Of a stretch of 64,000 nucleotides of DNA, positions 38,178 to 45,558 are shown one piece after another. Under the pieces are notes generated by a model, which searched no databases, was not told the DNA's origin, and saw only the letters and a program-made list of their open reading frames with translations. Every line of letters begins with the position of its first letter. The stretch's first letter is position 1. This stretch comes from an uncultured Acidobacterium sp. Its GTDB lineage: Bacteria; Acidobacteriota; Vicinamibacteria; Vicinamibacterales; UBA2999. The stretch lies in contig CAYGMD010000001.1 of the NCBI GenBank assembly GCA_964350785.1, forward strand, positions 6,853 through 70,852, written 5' to 3'. Made by a program: the position numbers and the translations under genes.

Positions 38178-39289
38178 TTGCGGCCTCCCTCGCTGCCGGC
38201 CGGAGGTATCGGCTCGTACTTGTCACCAACCCGCTTGCCGATCTGAATCAGGCCATGGGCCGCGAAGGCGGCGGCCACCGCGGCCACCGCGCCAAGACCA
38301 ATGGTGTCGATGTTCGAGGCCGCGCCAAAGCCCGGCACGCCGGGCAGGTGCTGGTAGAAGGGCGTCATCGTGTCCCAGAAGTTGGGCTCGGAGCAGCCGA
38401 TGCAGGGATGACCGCAGCCAATCGGCCAGTTCGTGCCGCCGTTCCACTTGATGTGGGGGCAGTTCTGGAACGCAACCGGTCCCTTGCAGCCCATCTTGTA
38501 CAGGCAGTAGCCGGCACGGTGGCCCGCGTCGCCCCACTCTTCGACGTACTGACCCGCGTCGTAGTGCGCGCGGCGCTCGCAACCGTCGTGGATCGACTTG
38601 CCGTACGCAAACAGCGGCCGCCGGTAGCGATCGAGCGCGGGCCACTCCTTGAACGTAAGGTAGTGCACGAGCAGCGCGGTCAGGTTTTCGACGTTGGCGG
38701 GACAGGCCGACAGGTTGATCAGGTTCTTCACGCCCGGCACCGCCGCCGACACGCCCAGCGCGCCGGTGGGGTTGGGGCCGGCGGCCGGGATGCCGCCAAA
38801 CGAGGCGCACGTGCCGATGGCAATGGTCGCCATCGCCTGGCCGCACACCTCGCGCGCGATGTCGAGCGCCGAGCGGCCGCCAATCGTGCAGTAGGCGCCA
38901 CCCGCGCCGGTGGGAATGGACCCCTCGACGACGGCAATGTAGGCGCCGGACCGCTCCTTGACCGTGCGCGCCAGGTTGGCTTCGGCCTGGTGGCCGGCCG
39001 CCGCCATGATCGTCTCGTGATAGTCGACCGACAGCGTATCGAGGATCACCTCGGCGGCCGTCGGACGGCTCGCGCGCAGGAACGACTCGGTGTTCCCGGC
39101 GCAATCCTGGAACTCGAGCCAGACCAGCACCGGCTTCTCGGCCGCCCGCACCGCCCGCGCAATCTGGGCGGCGGCCGAGTCGGGTAGTGCCAGCGCCGAC
39201 GCCATGGCGGCGCAGAAACCGACGAACTCGCGCCGGGTCACACCACGGCGCTCGAGCTCCGACGCCAACCAGTCGGGTTGGTTCCTCAT
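38174..39289 (-). CDS. [NiFe]-hydrogenase small subunit with Tat signal and C-terminal membrane anchor
   Basis: Start is MRNQPDW.. after GAGGGAGAG. Twin-arginine motif ..RRGVTRREFVGF... FeS motifs ..GTCASFGG.., ..YCLYKMGCKGP.. and ..GHPCIGC... C-terminal TM ..IGLGAVAAVAAAFAAHGLI... Confidence 0.95.
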   Translation of the reverse strand: MRNQPDWLASELERRGVTRREFVGFCAAMASALALPDSAAAQIARAVRAAEKPVLVWLEFQDCAGNTESFLRASRPTAAEVILDTLSVDYHETIMAAAGHQAEANLARTVKERSGAYIAVVEGSIPTGAGGAYCTIGGRSALDIAREVCGQAMATIAIGTCASFGGIPAAGPNPTGALGVSAAVPGVKNLINLSACPANVENLTALLVHYLTFKEWPALDRYRRPLFAYGKSIHDGCERRAHYDAGQYVEEWGDAGHRAGYCLYKMGCKGPVAFQNCPHIKWNGGTNWPIGCGHPCIGCSEPNFWDTMTPFYQHLPGVPGFGAASNIDTIGLGAVAAVAAAFAAHGLIQIGKRVGDKYEPIPPAGSEGGRK

Positions 39290-39444
39290 GGCTCTCCCTC
39301 GCTTTCGCGCCGGCCGCCCGCAGCCGCGATCGGGCCGCGCCATTCCTTGACGCGGACCCAGACGGCGATGGTGATGGGAATGAGCGCGCTCACTGCGGGA
39401 ACGAGCGCCGATGCCGCCGCGAGCTCCTCGTGGTGCCGCCTCAT
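39286..39444 (-). CDS. candidate 52-aa single-TM protein, translationally coupled to the hydrogenase small-subunit gene
   Basis: ATG at 39444 with AGGAG 7 nt upstream. Sequence MRRHHEELAAASALVPAVSALIPITIAVWVRVKEWRG... Its TGA overlaps the small-subunit ATG (ATGA). Codons are GC3-rich. No homology evidence is available. Confidence 0.4.
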   Translation of the reverse strand: MRRHHEELAAASALVPAVSALIPITIAVWVRVKEWRGPIAAAGGRRESEGEP

Positions 39445-39522
39445 ACCGTGGCTCCTGTGGCGCCGGATTGTGATGTGACGTGGAGGGGCCAATGCGGGAA
39501 CCGCCCTTCCGCGAACGCGGGG

Positions 39523-39538
39523 TGCAAGGCCTACGCCA
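39523..39538 (-). promoter_or_regulatory. candidate sigma-54 (-24/-12) promoter of the hydrogenase operon
   Basis: Minus strand reads TGGCGT-AGGCC-TTGCA with correct GG/GC spacing. It lies about 80 nt upstream of the ATG at 39444. Confidence 0.55.
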
Positions 39539-39545
39539 GCGCAAG

Positions 39546-39574
39546 GGCGCCGGATTATTGCCGAATCCGGCGCC
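39546..39574. promoter_or_regulatory. perfect 11-bp inverted repeat (BON-gene terminator or regulator site) abutting the -24 element
   Basis: GGCGCCGGATT-ATTGCCG-AATCCGGCGCC. It is not followed by a T-run on either strand. Confidence 0.5.
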
Positions 39575-39625
39575 GGTGCGGGCTCCCGCCCCGGATAATT
39601 CGCCGTGACTGCGAACTATTCCGCG

Positions 39626-40324
39626 TCAGCAGACCTCGGCGTCAATTGGCGGTACCGGCACCACATGCGGGGCCACGGTGAGCCGATTGTCGACCCCGGT
39701 GATCCCCGGCGCATGGCTCACGGCCGCCTCGATGGCCTCCAGTTCGGCCCACGAGCCGACCTCGCCCTCGAGCCGGACGACGGACCCTTCCACCAGGATC
39801 GCGACGCCCCGGGCGTCGACGTCGGCGCAGCGGTGCAGGGTCTGGACGATGCGCCGGCGCAAATCGCGAATCGACGACACCGGCTGGACGGTGATGTGGT
39901 TGATGACATCGCGCACACCGCGCACGTGGCGCACCGTTTCGGCCGCCATCGCCCGCACGAAGTAGGCCTCGACCGAGCCTGTAAGCGAGACGTGGCCGGC
40001 GTGAACCACGGCCTGGACCGTGTCGGGAAGGCCGCGCAGGCGCAGCGCTCTGTCGATGTCGGCGGCAATTTCGGGGTCGGTGCGCTCGAGCCGGAGGCGG
40101 ACCTGGATGTCGTTGGCCACCGCCCGCACGCCGTGCACCCGCTTGGCCGCCCGCTCGGCCGCCAGCTTGCCGGCATAGGTGTCGATGAACCCGGTGAGCG
40201 TCACGACGCCGCCGCGGGCGGTCACGCCGATGTCAGTAGCATCGACCTCCGAATCCCACTCAAGTTGGTGAATCACGGAATCGCGAATGATGGTGTTGGC
40301 CTGAAGGGGATTGGCAGTCGGCAT
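39626..40324 (-). CDS. BON-domain (OsmY-like) protein, three BON repeats
   Basis: Start is MPTANPLQANTIIRDSVIHQLEWDSEVDATDIGVTARGGVVTLTGFIDT... The repeated pattern ..V.V..G.V.L.G.V.. occurs three times. Confidence 0.85.
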   Translation of the reverse strand: MPTANPLQANTIIRDSVIHQLEWDSEVDATDIGVTARGGVVTLTGFIDTYAGKLAAERAAKRVHGVRAVANDIQVRLRLERTDPEIAADIDRALRLRGLPDTVQAVVHAGHVSLTGSVEAYFVRAMAAETVRHVRGVRDVINHITVQPVSSIRDLRRRIVQTLHRCADVDARGVAILVEGSVVRLEGEVGSWAELEAIEAAVSHAPGITGVDNRLTVAPHVVPVPPIDAEVC

Positions 40325-40386
40325 GGCAAACGTCCTTTCAGCCCCGGCGATGCCAAACCCGTGCCGTCGGGTATCCTGCAGGTAGC

Positions 40387-40762
40387 ATGGCAACAGCCCC
40401 CCCGCGAATGCCGGCGCCGGTGACCTGGCCGCCGGGTGCGCCCTGATCGAGGTCCACGTCGGCGAGCTGAAACAGCTCTTCAACTCGCTCGACCCGACGC
40501 CGTTTCGCGAACGCGACCTCGATCCCAAGGCCGAGGAGTTCATCGCCGGCTGGGCCAGCGAGCTGCACGGCGACGCACCGTTGTGCCTGGTGGTCCACGT
40601 CGACCGCGGCGACGTCGCGGCGGCCGAGGTGACGATGCTGCGCGAGGCGGTCGGCGGCCGCTCGAGGTGTTCTTGTACGACTGGTGGCCCATCCGCGCCG
40701 AGGCGCGGCGTTACGATCGCCTCAGCGTGATGTCGGTCCGCGTGATTCCGTCACATCAATGA
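40387..40762 (+). pseudogene. disrupted gene of a conserved membrane-protein family (N- and C-terminal parts only)
   Basis: ATG at 40387 runs into a C7 run (40397-40403). With one extra C it would read MATAPPANAGAGDLAAGCALIEVHVGELKQLFNSLDPTPFRERDLDPKAEEFIAGWASEL..LREAVGG. After about 40655 a third frame gives RPLEVFLYDWWPIRAEARRYDRLSVMSVRVI. The TM-rich middle expected from my recollection of this family is absent. Confidence 0.55.
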
Positions 40763-41640
40763 ACCGGCTTCACCTGTAACGTGCGGATGTACTCGACCAG
40801 CGAGTCGATGCGCTGCTTCACGGCGGCTTCATCCCCGCCGTCGTGCGAGCGGGCGAAGGCGTCGCCCCACACCGGCATGTCGGGGCCGCCATGCCCGCGC
40901 ACCGGCGTCCTGCCGTCAATGGTGCGATACACGATCTCCGACGGGTACTCGCCGCCGTTGCGCTTGGCGATCTCGGTGAGGTCGGCCGGCTTGCGGCGCA
41001 TGGCACCTGCCAGCGGGCCGTCACCGCGGCCCGCCGGGCCGTGGCAGGTGGCGCAGTAGGTGCGGAACACCTCGCCACCGGTGACGTGTTGGCGCAGCTC
41101 CGCCTGCGGTTGCGCCGCTGCCGGCGACGCCAGGAAGGCGGCCAGGATGGCCGCGACCACGACGCTGGCTTTGGCGGAGCGGACGGGTTCATCGGCCCGC
41201 GGCTCGCGCACGGTCAGGACCGGACACGGCGCCGTGCGCACCACGCGCTCGGCCACGTTCCCCATCACCGCATGCATCAAGGGCCCGTGCCCGTGCGTGC
41301 CCATCACGATGAGATCGTCGCCGCGCTTGGCGGCGGCCGTGACAATCGCCCGCGGCGGATTGCCGAACAACACCTCCGTCGTCACGGCGACGCCCGCCAG
41401 CTTCGGCACCACTTTCAGGAGTTCGCGCTCGGCCTCGTCACCGAGTTGCTGGCTCCAGTTCGTGTAGGCGATGGCATAGGCGTCCATCGACCCGGTGCTG
41501 AGCGACGGCACCTCGCAGACGTGCAGGAGGTGCAGTGACGCGCCGAACTTGGTGGCCATGGTGTACGCGTAATCGAGGGCGCGTGCGGAGTTCGAACTGA
41601 AGTCCACCGGAACGAGGATGCTCTTGATGTCGGGCGTCAT
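40756..41640 (-). CDS. universal stress protein fused through one TM helix to a class-I c-type cytochrome domain
   Basis: Start is MTPDIKSILVPVDFS.., the last 294 aa of ORF 40756..43092. The Usp domain ends ..ERVVRTAPCPVLTVR. Then ..RSAKASVVVAAILAAFLASPAAAQP.. follows, then ..FRTYCATCHGPAGRGDG.. with ..GGPDMPVWG... There is no in-frame stop between the parts. Confidence 0.8.
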   Translation of the reverse strand: MTPDIKSILVPVDFSSNSARALDYAYTMATKFGASLHLLHVCEVPSLSTGSMDAYAIAYTNWSQQLGDEAERELLKVVPKLAGVAVTTEVLFGNPPRAIVTAAAKRGDDLIVMGTHGHGPLMHAVMGNVAERVVRTAPCPVLTVREPRADEPVRSAKASVVVAAILAAFLASPAAAQPQAELRQHVTGGEVFRTYCATCHGPAGRGDGPLAGAMRRKPADLTEIAKRNGGEYPSEIVYRTIDGRTPVRGHGGPDMPVWGDAFARSHDGGDEAAVKQRIDSLVEYIRTLQVKPVH

Positions 41641-41680
41641 GGCCTGGCCCCTTTCTGGATAGTCGCTCGCCTCTTGCAAG

Positions 41681-41696
41681 GGCAACGTCCATGCCA
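41681..41696 (-). promoter_or_regulatory. candidate sigma-54 (-24/-12) promoter of the Usp-cytochrome c gene
   Basis: Minus strand reads TGGCAT-GGACG-TTGCC, about 40-55 nt upstream of the ATG at 41640. Confidence 0.6.
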
Positions 41697-41775
41697 GCCC
41701 GATCTGTCGGCCGGACGGGCCTGGCGCGGCCGATCGCACTGCGACATTTCCAACGACGTGAGGAAAAATCCGCGC

Positions 41776-41791
41776 TGGCCCGGTCCGTGCA
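41776..41791 (+). promoter_or_regulatory. weaker sigma-54-like element upstream of the acyl-CoA synthetase gene
   Basis: TGGCCC-GGTCC-GTGCA, then GGAGGA, then TTG at 41815. Confidence 0.4.
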
Positions 41792-41814
41792 TTCACTGGA
41801 CGTGGAGGACCGCT

Positions 41815-43938
41815 TTGCCTGAGTTGCCGCACCTGCCCCCCGCCCGATCTTTGACGCCGTTTTTTGAGCCGGCCTGCGTGGCCGTCGTCGGCGCCAGCCG
41901 CGAACGCAATAAGATCGGGTCGGAAATCCTCCACAACCTGGTGGCCACCGGGTTCACGGGCAAGGTGGTTCCCGTTCATCCGGCAGCCGACACCATTCAG
42001 GGCCTGACCGCATATCCGCGGGTCGCCGACATTCCATCGGCTGTTGACCTCGCGGTGATCGTGGTGCCGGCGGCGCAGGTGCCGGCGGCGGTCGACGATT
42101 GCCTGGCCAGGCAGGTGCCGGCCATCTGCATCATCAGCGCCGGGTTTGGCGAGTGCAGCGAAGAGGGCCGCGCGATCGAGCGCGAGATGGTGCGCAAGAT
42201 TCGCCAGGCCGGCAGCCGCCTGATTGGCCCCAACTGCATGGGCCTGCTCAATACCGATGCGCGCTTCGCGTTGAACGCCACCTTCTCGCCGGTGTATCCG
42301 CCGGCCGGCGGCGTGGCCATGTCGACGCAAAGCGGCGCCCTGGGCCTGGCGATTCTCGACTACGCGCGACAGTTCAACATCGGCATCTCGAGTTTCGTCT
42401 CGGTCGGCAACAAGGCCGACGTCTCGGGCAACGATCTGTTGCTGTACTGGGAGACCGATCCCAGCACGGCGGTGATCCTGCTGTACCTGGAAAGCTTTGG
42501 TAACCCGTCGAAGTTCAGCCGCATTGCCCGGCGCATCAGCCGCACCAAGCCGATCGTCGCGTTGAAGTCGGGGCGCTCCCCGGTTGGCGCGCGCGCGGCC
42601 GCCTCGCACACCGGCGCGCTGGCCTCGTCCGACGACTTCGTCGACGCGCTCTTTCACCAGGCGGGAGTCATCCGCACCAACACGGTCACCGAGTTGTTCG
42701 ACGTGGCGACCCTGCTGTCGCGGCAGCCGCTGCCGAGCGGCCGCCGCGTGGCGATTCTGACCAACGCCGGCGGCCCCGGCATCCTGGCCGCCGACGCGTG
42801 CCTCGCGCACGGCCTCGTGGCCGCCGAGCTCACTCCCGCCACGAAGGCCGCGCTCAGGGCGTTCCTGCCGGCCGCGGCGGCCGTCAACAACCCGGTCGAC
42901 ATGCTGGCCTCGGCCTCGCCGGCCCAGTACCGGCAGGCACTGGGCCGGCTGCTCGGCGATCCCAATGTCGACAGCGCCATCGTGATCTTCATTCCCCCGC
43001 TCATCACGAGCGCGGATGAAGTGGCGACGGCCATTGCCGGCGCGGCGGCCGGATCGGGCAAACCCGTGGCCGGCGTCTTCATGCGCAGCCACGCGGCTCC
43101 GGGGTCGCTGGCGGCGGTACCGTGCTATGCCTTCCCCGAACCGGCGGCCATTGCCTTGTCACGCGTCGCGGGCTACGGCGAATGGCGGCGCCAGCCGCTC
43201 GGCGAGGTGCCGCCGTTCCCCGACTTGCAGGCCGGACTGGCGCGCGCCGTCGTCGACACCGCGGTGCACCGCGGCGGCGGCTGGCTGTCGGCGGTCGAGG
43301 CCAATGCCCTGATCTCGGCGGCCGGCATCGCGACGCCGCGGTCGCACTTCGCCACGTCGGTGGATGAAGCGGTCGAGGCCGCCGCCAAGCTCGGCCTGCC
43401 CGTGGCGGTCAAGGCCGTCGGCGCGGCCCTGCTCCACAAGACCGAGCACCGCGCGCTGCGGCTCAACCTCGGTTCGCGGGCCGCCGTCCGCCAGGCGGCC
43501 GTCGAGTTGACCCAGGCCCTGGGCGATCGCATGGACGGCTTGTTGGTGCAGACGATGGTGAGCGGTGGCGCCGAGATGATGATCGGCGCGATCAACGACC
43601 CGATCTTCGGCCACGTCGTCGTCTGCGGCAGTGGTGGCGTGCTGGTCGATCTGCTGGCCGACTCGGCGTGCCGGCTGCATCCGGTCACCGATCGCGATGC
43701 GCACGAGATGGTCGAGTCGTTGAAGGGCGTGCGCCTGCTGCGCGGGTTCCGGGGCGCCGAGCACGCCGACGAGCCGGCGTTCAGGGACGCCATTCTGCGG
43801 ATCTCGGCGCTGGTCGGCCTGTGCCCGGAAATCCAGGAACTCGATGTGAATCCCATGAAGGTGCTGCCCGGGGGCGTGTCGGCCATCGACGTGCGCGTGC
43901 GCGTCAACGGAGGAAGTGAGGAAGTGAGAAGCTTCTGA
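41815..43938 (+). CDS. ADP-forming acetyl/acyl-CoA synthetase (fused alpha-beta, NDP-forming family)
   Basis: TTG start 5 nt after GGAGGA, aa 48 of ORF 41674..43938. CoA-binding ..VAVVGASRERNKIGSEI.., ..LIGPNCMGLLN.., ..SFVSVGNKADVSGNDLL.. and a C-terminal ATP-grasp part. Confidence 0.85.
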   Translation: MPELPHLPPARSLTPFFEPACVAVVGASRERNKIGSEILHNLVATGFTGKVVPVHPAADTIQGLTAYPRVADIPSAVDLAVIVVPAAQVPAAVDDCLARQVPAICIISAGFGECSEEGRAIEREMVRKIRQAGSRLIGPNCMGLLNTDARFALNATFSPVYPPAGGVAMSTQSGALGLAILDYARQFNIGISSFVSVGNKADVSGNDLLLYWETDPSTAVILLYLESFGNPSKFSRIARRISRTKPIVALKSGRSPVGARAAASHTGALASSDDFVDALFHQAGVIRTNTVTELFDVATLLSRQPLPSGRRVAILTNAGGPGILAADACLAHGLVAAELTPATKAALRAFLPAAAAVNNPVDMLASASPAQYRQALGRLLGDPNVDSAIVIFIPPLITSADEVATAIAGAAAGSGKPVAGVFMRSHAAPGSLAAVPCYAFPEPAAIALSRVAGYGEWRRQPLGEVPPFPDLQAGLARAVVDTAVHRGGGWLSAVEANALISAAGIATPRSHFATSVDEAVEAAAKLGLPVAVKAVGAALLHKTEHRALRLNLGSRAAVRQAAVELTQALGDRMDGLLVQTMVSGGAEMMIGAINDPIFGHVVVCGSGGVLVDLLADSACRLHPVTDRDAHEMVESLKGVRLLRGFRGAEHADEPAFRDAILRISALVGLCPEIQELDVNPMKVLPGGVSAIDVRVRVNGGSEEVRSF

Positions 43939-43956
43939 CTTCTCACTTCTCACTTC
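43912..43956. terminator. repeat-built hairpin spanning the stop codon between convergent genes
   Basis: GGAAGTGAGGAAGTGAGAAG-CTTCTGA-CTTCTCACTTCTCACTTC. The arms are tandem GAAGTGAG units, and the left arm encodes the last residues ..GGSEEVRSF. Confidence 0.6.
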
Positions 43957-43960
43957 AACG

Positions 43961-44452
43961 CTAAGCTTTCGCCGCCGCGATCAGCGCGTCGGGGGCAATG
44001 AAGTCCCGCTCGTTCGTGCGCACCGCCAGTACCGGGCACGGCGCCGTGCGCACCACCCGCTCGGCGGCGCTGCCCAGCAACAACTGCTTCACGGCGCCGC
44101 GGCCGTGCGTGCCAACGACGATCAGGTCGATGGCGTTGGCCTTGGCGTACTCGGTGATGCCGCCGGGGACGTTGAAGCTGGTTTGCACCACGCCGACCAC
44201 CTTGAGGGTCTTGCGATCGTCCTCGGTGATCAAGGCGTCGAGGTCGCGGTGCGCAGCCTTCTCCAGGTCGCGCTGGAGATCCGGGATCGCAAAGCCCACT
44301 TCGGGGCTGTAGCGCATCATCACGTCCTCCACGACGTGCAGCACGTGGAGGGTGGCGTTGTACGAGCGGGCCAGATCACGGCCATACGCCATGGCGACAG
44401 CCGACGGCTCACCGAAGTCGGTGGCAACGAGGATGTTCTTCAGCACAACCAT
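43961..44452 (-). CDS. universal stress protein (UspA family)
   Basis: MVVLKNILVATDFGEPS.. and ..LIVVGTHGRGAVKQLLLGSAAERVVRTAPCPVLAVR... Confidence 0.9.
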   Translation of the reverse strand: MVVLKNILVATDFGEPSAVAMAYGRDLARSYNATLHVLHVVEDVMMRYSPEVGFAIPDLQRDLEKAAHRDLDALITEDDRKTLKVVGVVQTSFNVPGGITEYAKANAIDLIVVGTHGRGAVKQLLLGSAAERVVRTAPCPVLAVRTNERDFIAPDALIAAAKA

Positions 44453-44501
44453 TGGAAGCCCTCATCAAATCGCCGGCGGAGGCGCCGACGTCAGTCTAAT
44501 G

Positions 44502-44517
44502 AGCACAATACATGCCA
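44502..44517 (-). promoter_or_regulatory. candidate sigma-54 (-24/-12) promoter of the Usp gene
   Basis: Minus strand reads TGGCAT-GTATT-GTGCT, about 50-65 nt upstream of the ATG at 44452. Confidence 0.55.
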
Positions 44518-44562
44518 CCAAACGACTGAACAAGTGGCCCGATTATTGAAATCGCGCCGGAC

Positions 44563-45036
44563 ATGAAAGCGATCGCGGGCGCGTTCGAACGGTTTTCCGG
44601 GCTCGATACCCCGGCGCCGGTCGTGACGGCGCGAGAGATTCTGAGGACGGCCGTGAAAAAACTCCCACTCCACGTCCTTGTCGTCGATGACGAACCGTTG
44701 ATTCGCTGGTCGGTAACCGAAACCCTTGCCGACCTTGGCCTTGACGTCGAACAGGCCGACTGCGCCGCCTCGGCGCTGCAGACCATTACGACCACGGCCC
44801 TGCCCTTCGATGTCATCGTCCTCGACCTCCGGTTGCCCGACATGCGGGACCTCTCGCTGCTGGCGACCATCCGGCAGCTGCTGCCCGAGACGCCGGTGGT
44901 GTTGATGACCGCATTCGGCACCCCCGAGATCATGGCCAACGCGCGCCAGCTGGGCGTGCGCGCCGTGCTGAACAAGCCGTTTGAACTCAGTGAGTTGAGC
45001 CGCGTCGTGGTGGACGCGTTGACGCCGGTGCGTTGA
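44563..45036 (+). CDS. stand-alone response-regulator receiver protein
   Basis: ..VLVVDDEPLIRWSV.., ..DVIVLDLRLPD.. and ..LNKPF... About 35 aa of N-terminal extension. No output domain. Confidence 0.85.
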   Translation: MKAIAGAFERFSGLDTPAPVVTAREILRTAVKKLPLHVLVVDDEPLIRWSVTETLADLGLDVEQADCAASALQTITTTALPFDVIVLDLRLPDMRDLSLLATIRQLLPETPVVLMTAFGTPEIMANARQLGVRAVLNKPFELSELSRVVVDALTPVR

Positions 45037-45093
45037 AGGCCGGCTCGGACTTGGGCCATACTTGGCGCGTCGCGAAATGCGACGCCCCCCACC

Positions 45094-45558
45094 ATGATTA
45101 ACCCCTCTTTCGGACACCAGACGCCGCCGGGCACCGGAATGCCGCCGGGTCCGCTGGAGAACGCGACCGGGCCGGCCGAGCGGCCGGCGCCGCGCACCGC
45201 CCTGGTCGTCGACGACGAGGCGCTCATCCGCTGGTCGGTCAGCGAGACGCTCGGTGAGTTGGGCTTCGACGTCGCGCAGGCCGCCGACGGCGCCTCGGCA
45301 ATGAGCGCCATTGCCGGCGCCGCCGCGGCCTTCGACGTCGTGGTGCTCGACCTGCGGTTGCCCGATGTGAACGACCTGTCGCTGCTGGGCCACGTGCGCG
45401 AACTGCTGCCGGCGGCCATGGTGGTGCTGATGACCGCCTTTGGCACCGCCGAAGTGGTGGCCGGCGCCCAGGCCCTCGGCGTCGCCGGCATCCTCAACAA
45501 ACCCTTCGAACTCGCCGAACTCAGCCGCCTGCTGACGCGCGACGGGCCGGCTTCGTAA
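45094..45558 (+). CDS. stand-alone response-regulator receiver protein (paralogue of 44563..45036)
   Basis: ..ALVVDDEALIRWSV.., ..DVVVLDLRLPD.. and ..LNKPFELAELSRLL... Confidence 0.85.
   Translation: MINPSFGHQTPPGTGMPPGPLENATGPAERPAPRTALVVDDEALIRWSVSETLGELGFDVAQAADGASAMSAIAGAAAAFDVVVLDLRLPDVNDLSLLGHVRELLPAAMVVLMTAFGTAEVVAGAQALGVAGILNKPFELAELSRLLTRDGPAS

Noticed and set aside
40340-40355. A further -24/-12-like match (minus strand TGGCAT-CGCCG-GGGCT) upstream of the BON gene. Also TGGCCC-GATTA-TTGAA (about 44534..44549, plus strand) upstream of the first receiver gene.
   Set aside because: The first lacks the TT of the -12 box and would leave only about a 6-nt leader. The second lacks the invariant C of GC and would give an essentially leaderless mRNA. 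Both are too weak to list as features.
40654-40666. GCGGCCGCTCGAG (adjacent NotI and XhoI sites) exactly at the junction of the disrupted gene. This raised the possibility of a cloning-vector or engineered scar.
   Set aside because: Both sites are G/C-rich strings expected by chance in this composition. The flanks are native-looking coding sequence on both sides and no other polylinker sequence follows. I keep it only as a marker of the deletion junction.
41641-43092. N-terminal 480-aa extension of ORF 40756..43092, and similar long extensions of 12928..15171, 3383..5023, 38174..39544, 35746..36684 and 50063..51076.
   Set aside because: The extensions overlap well-supported genes on the same or opposite strand and have junk composition. 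Internal starts with an RBS and a signal peptide or conserved N-terminus explain the real proteins.
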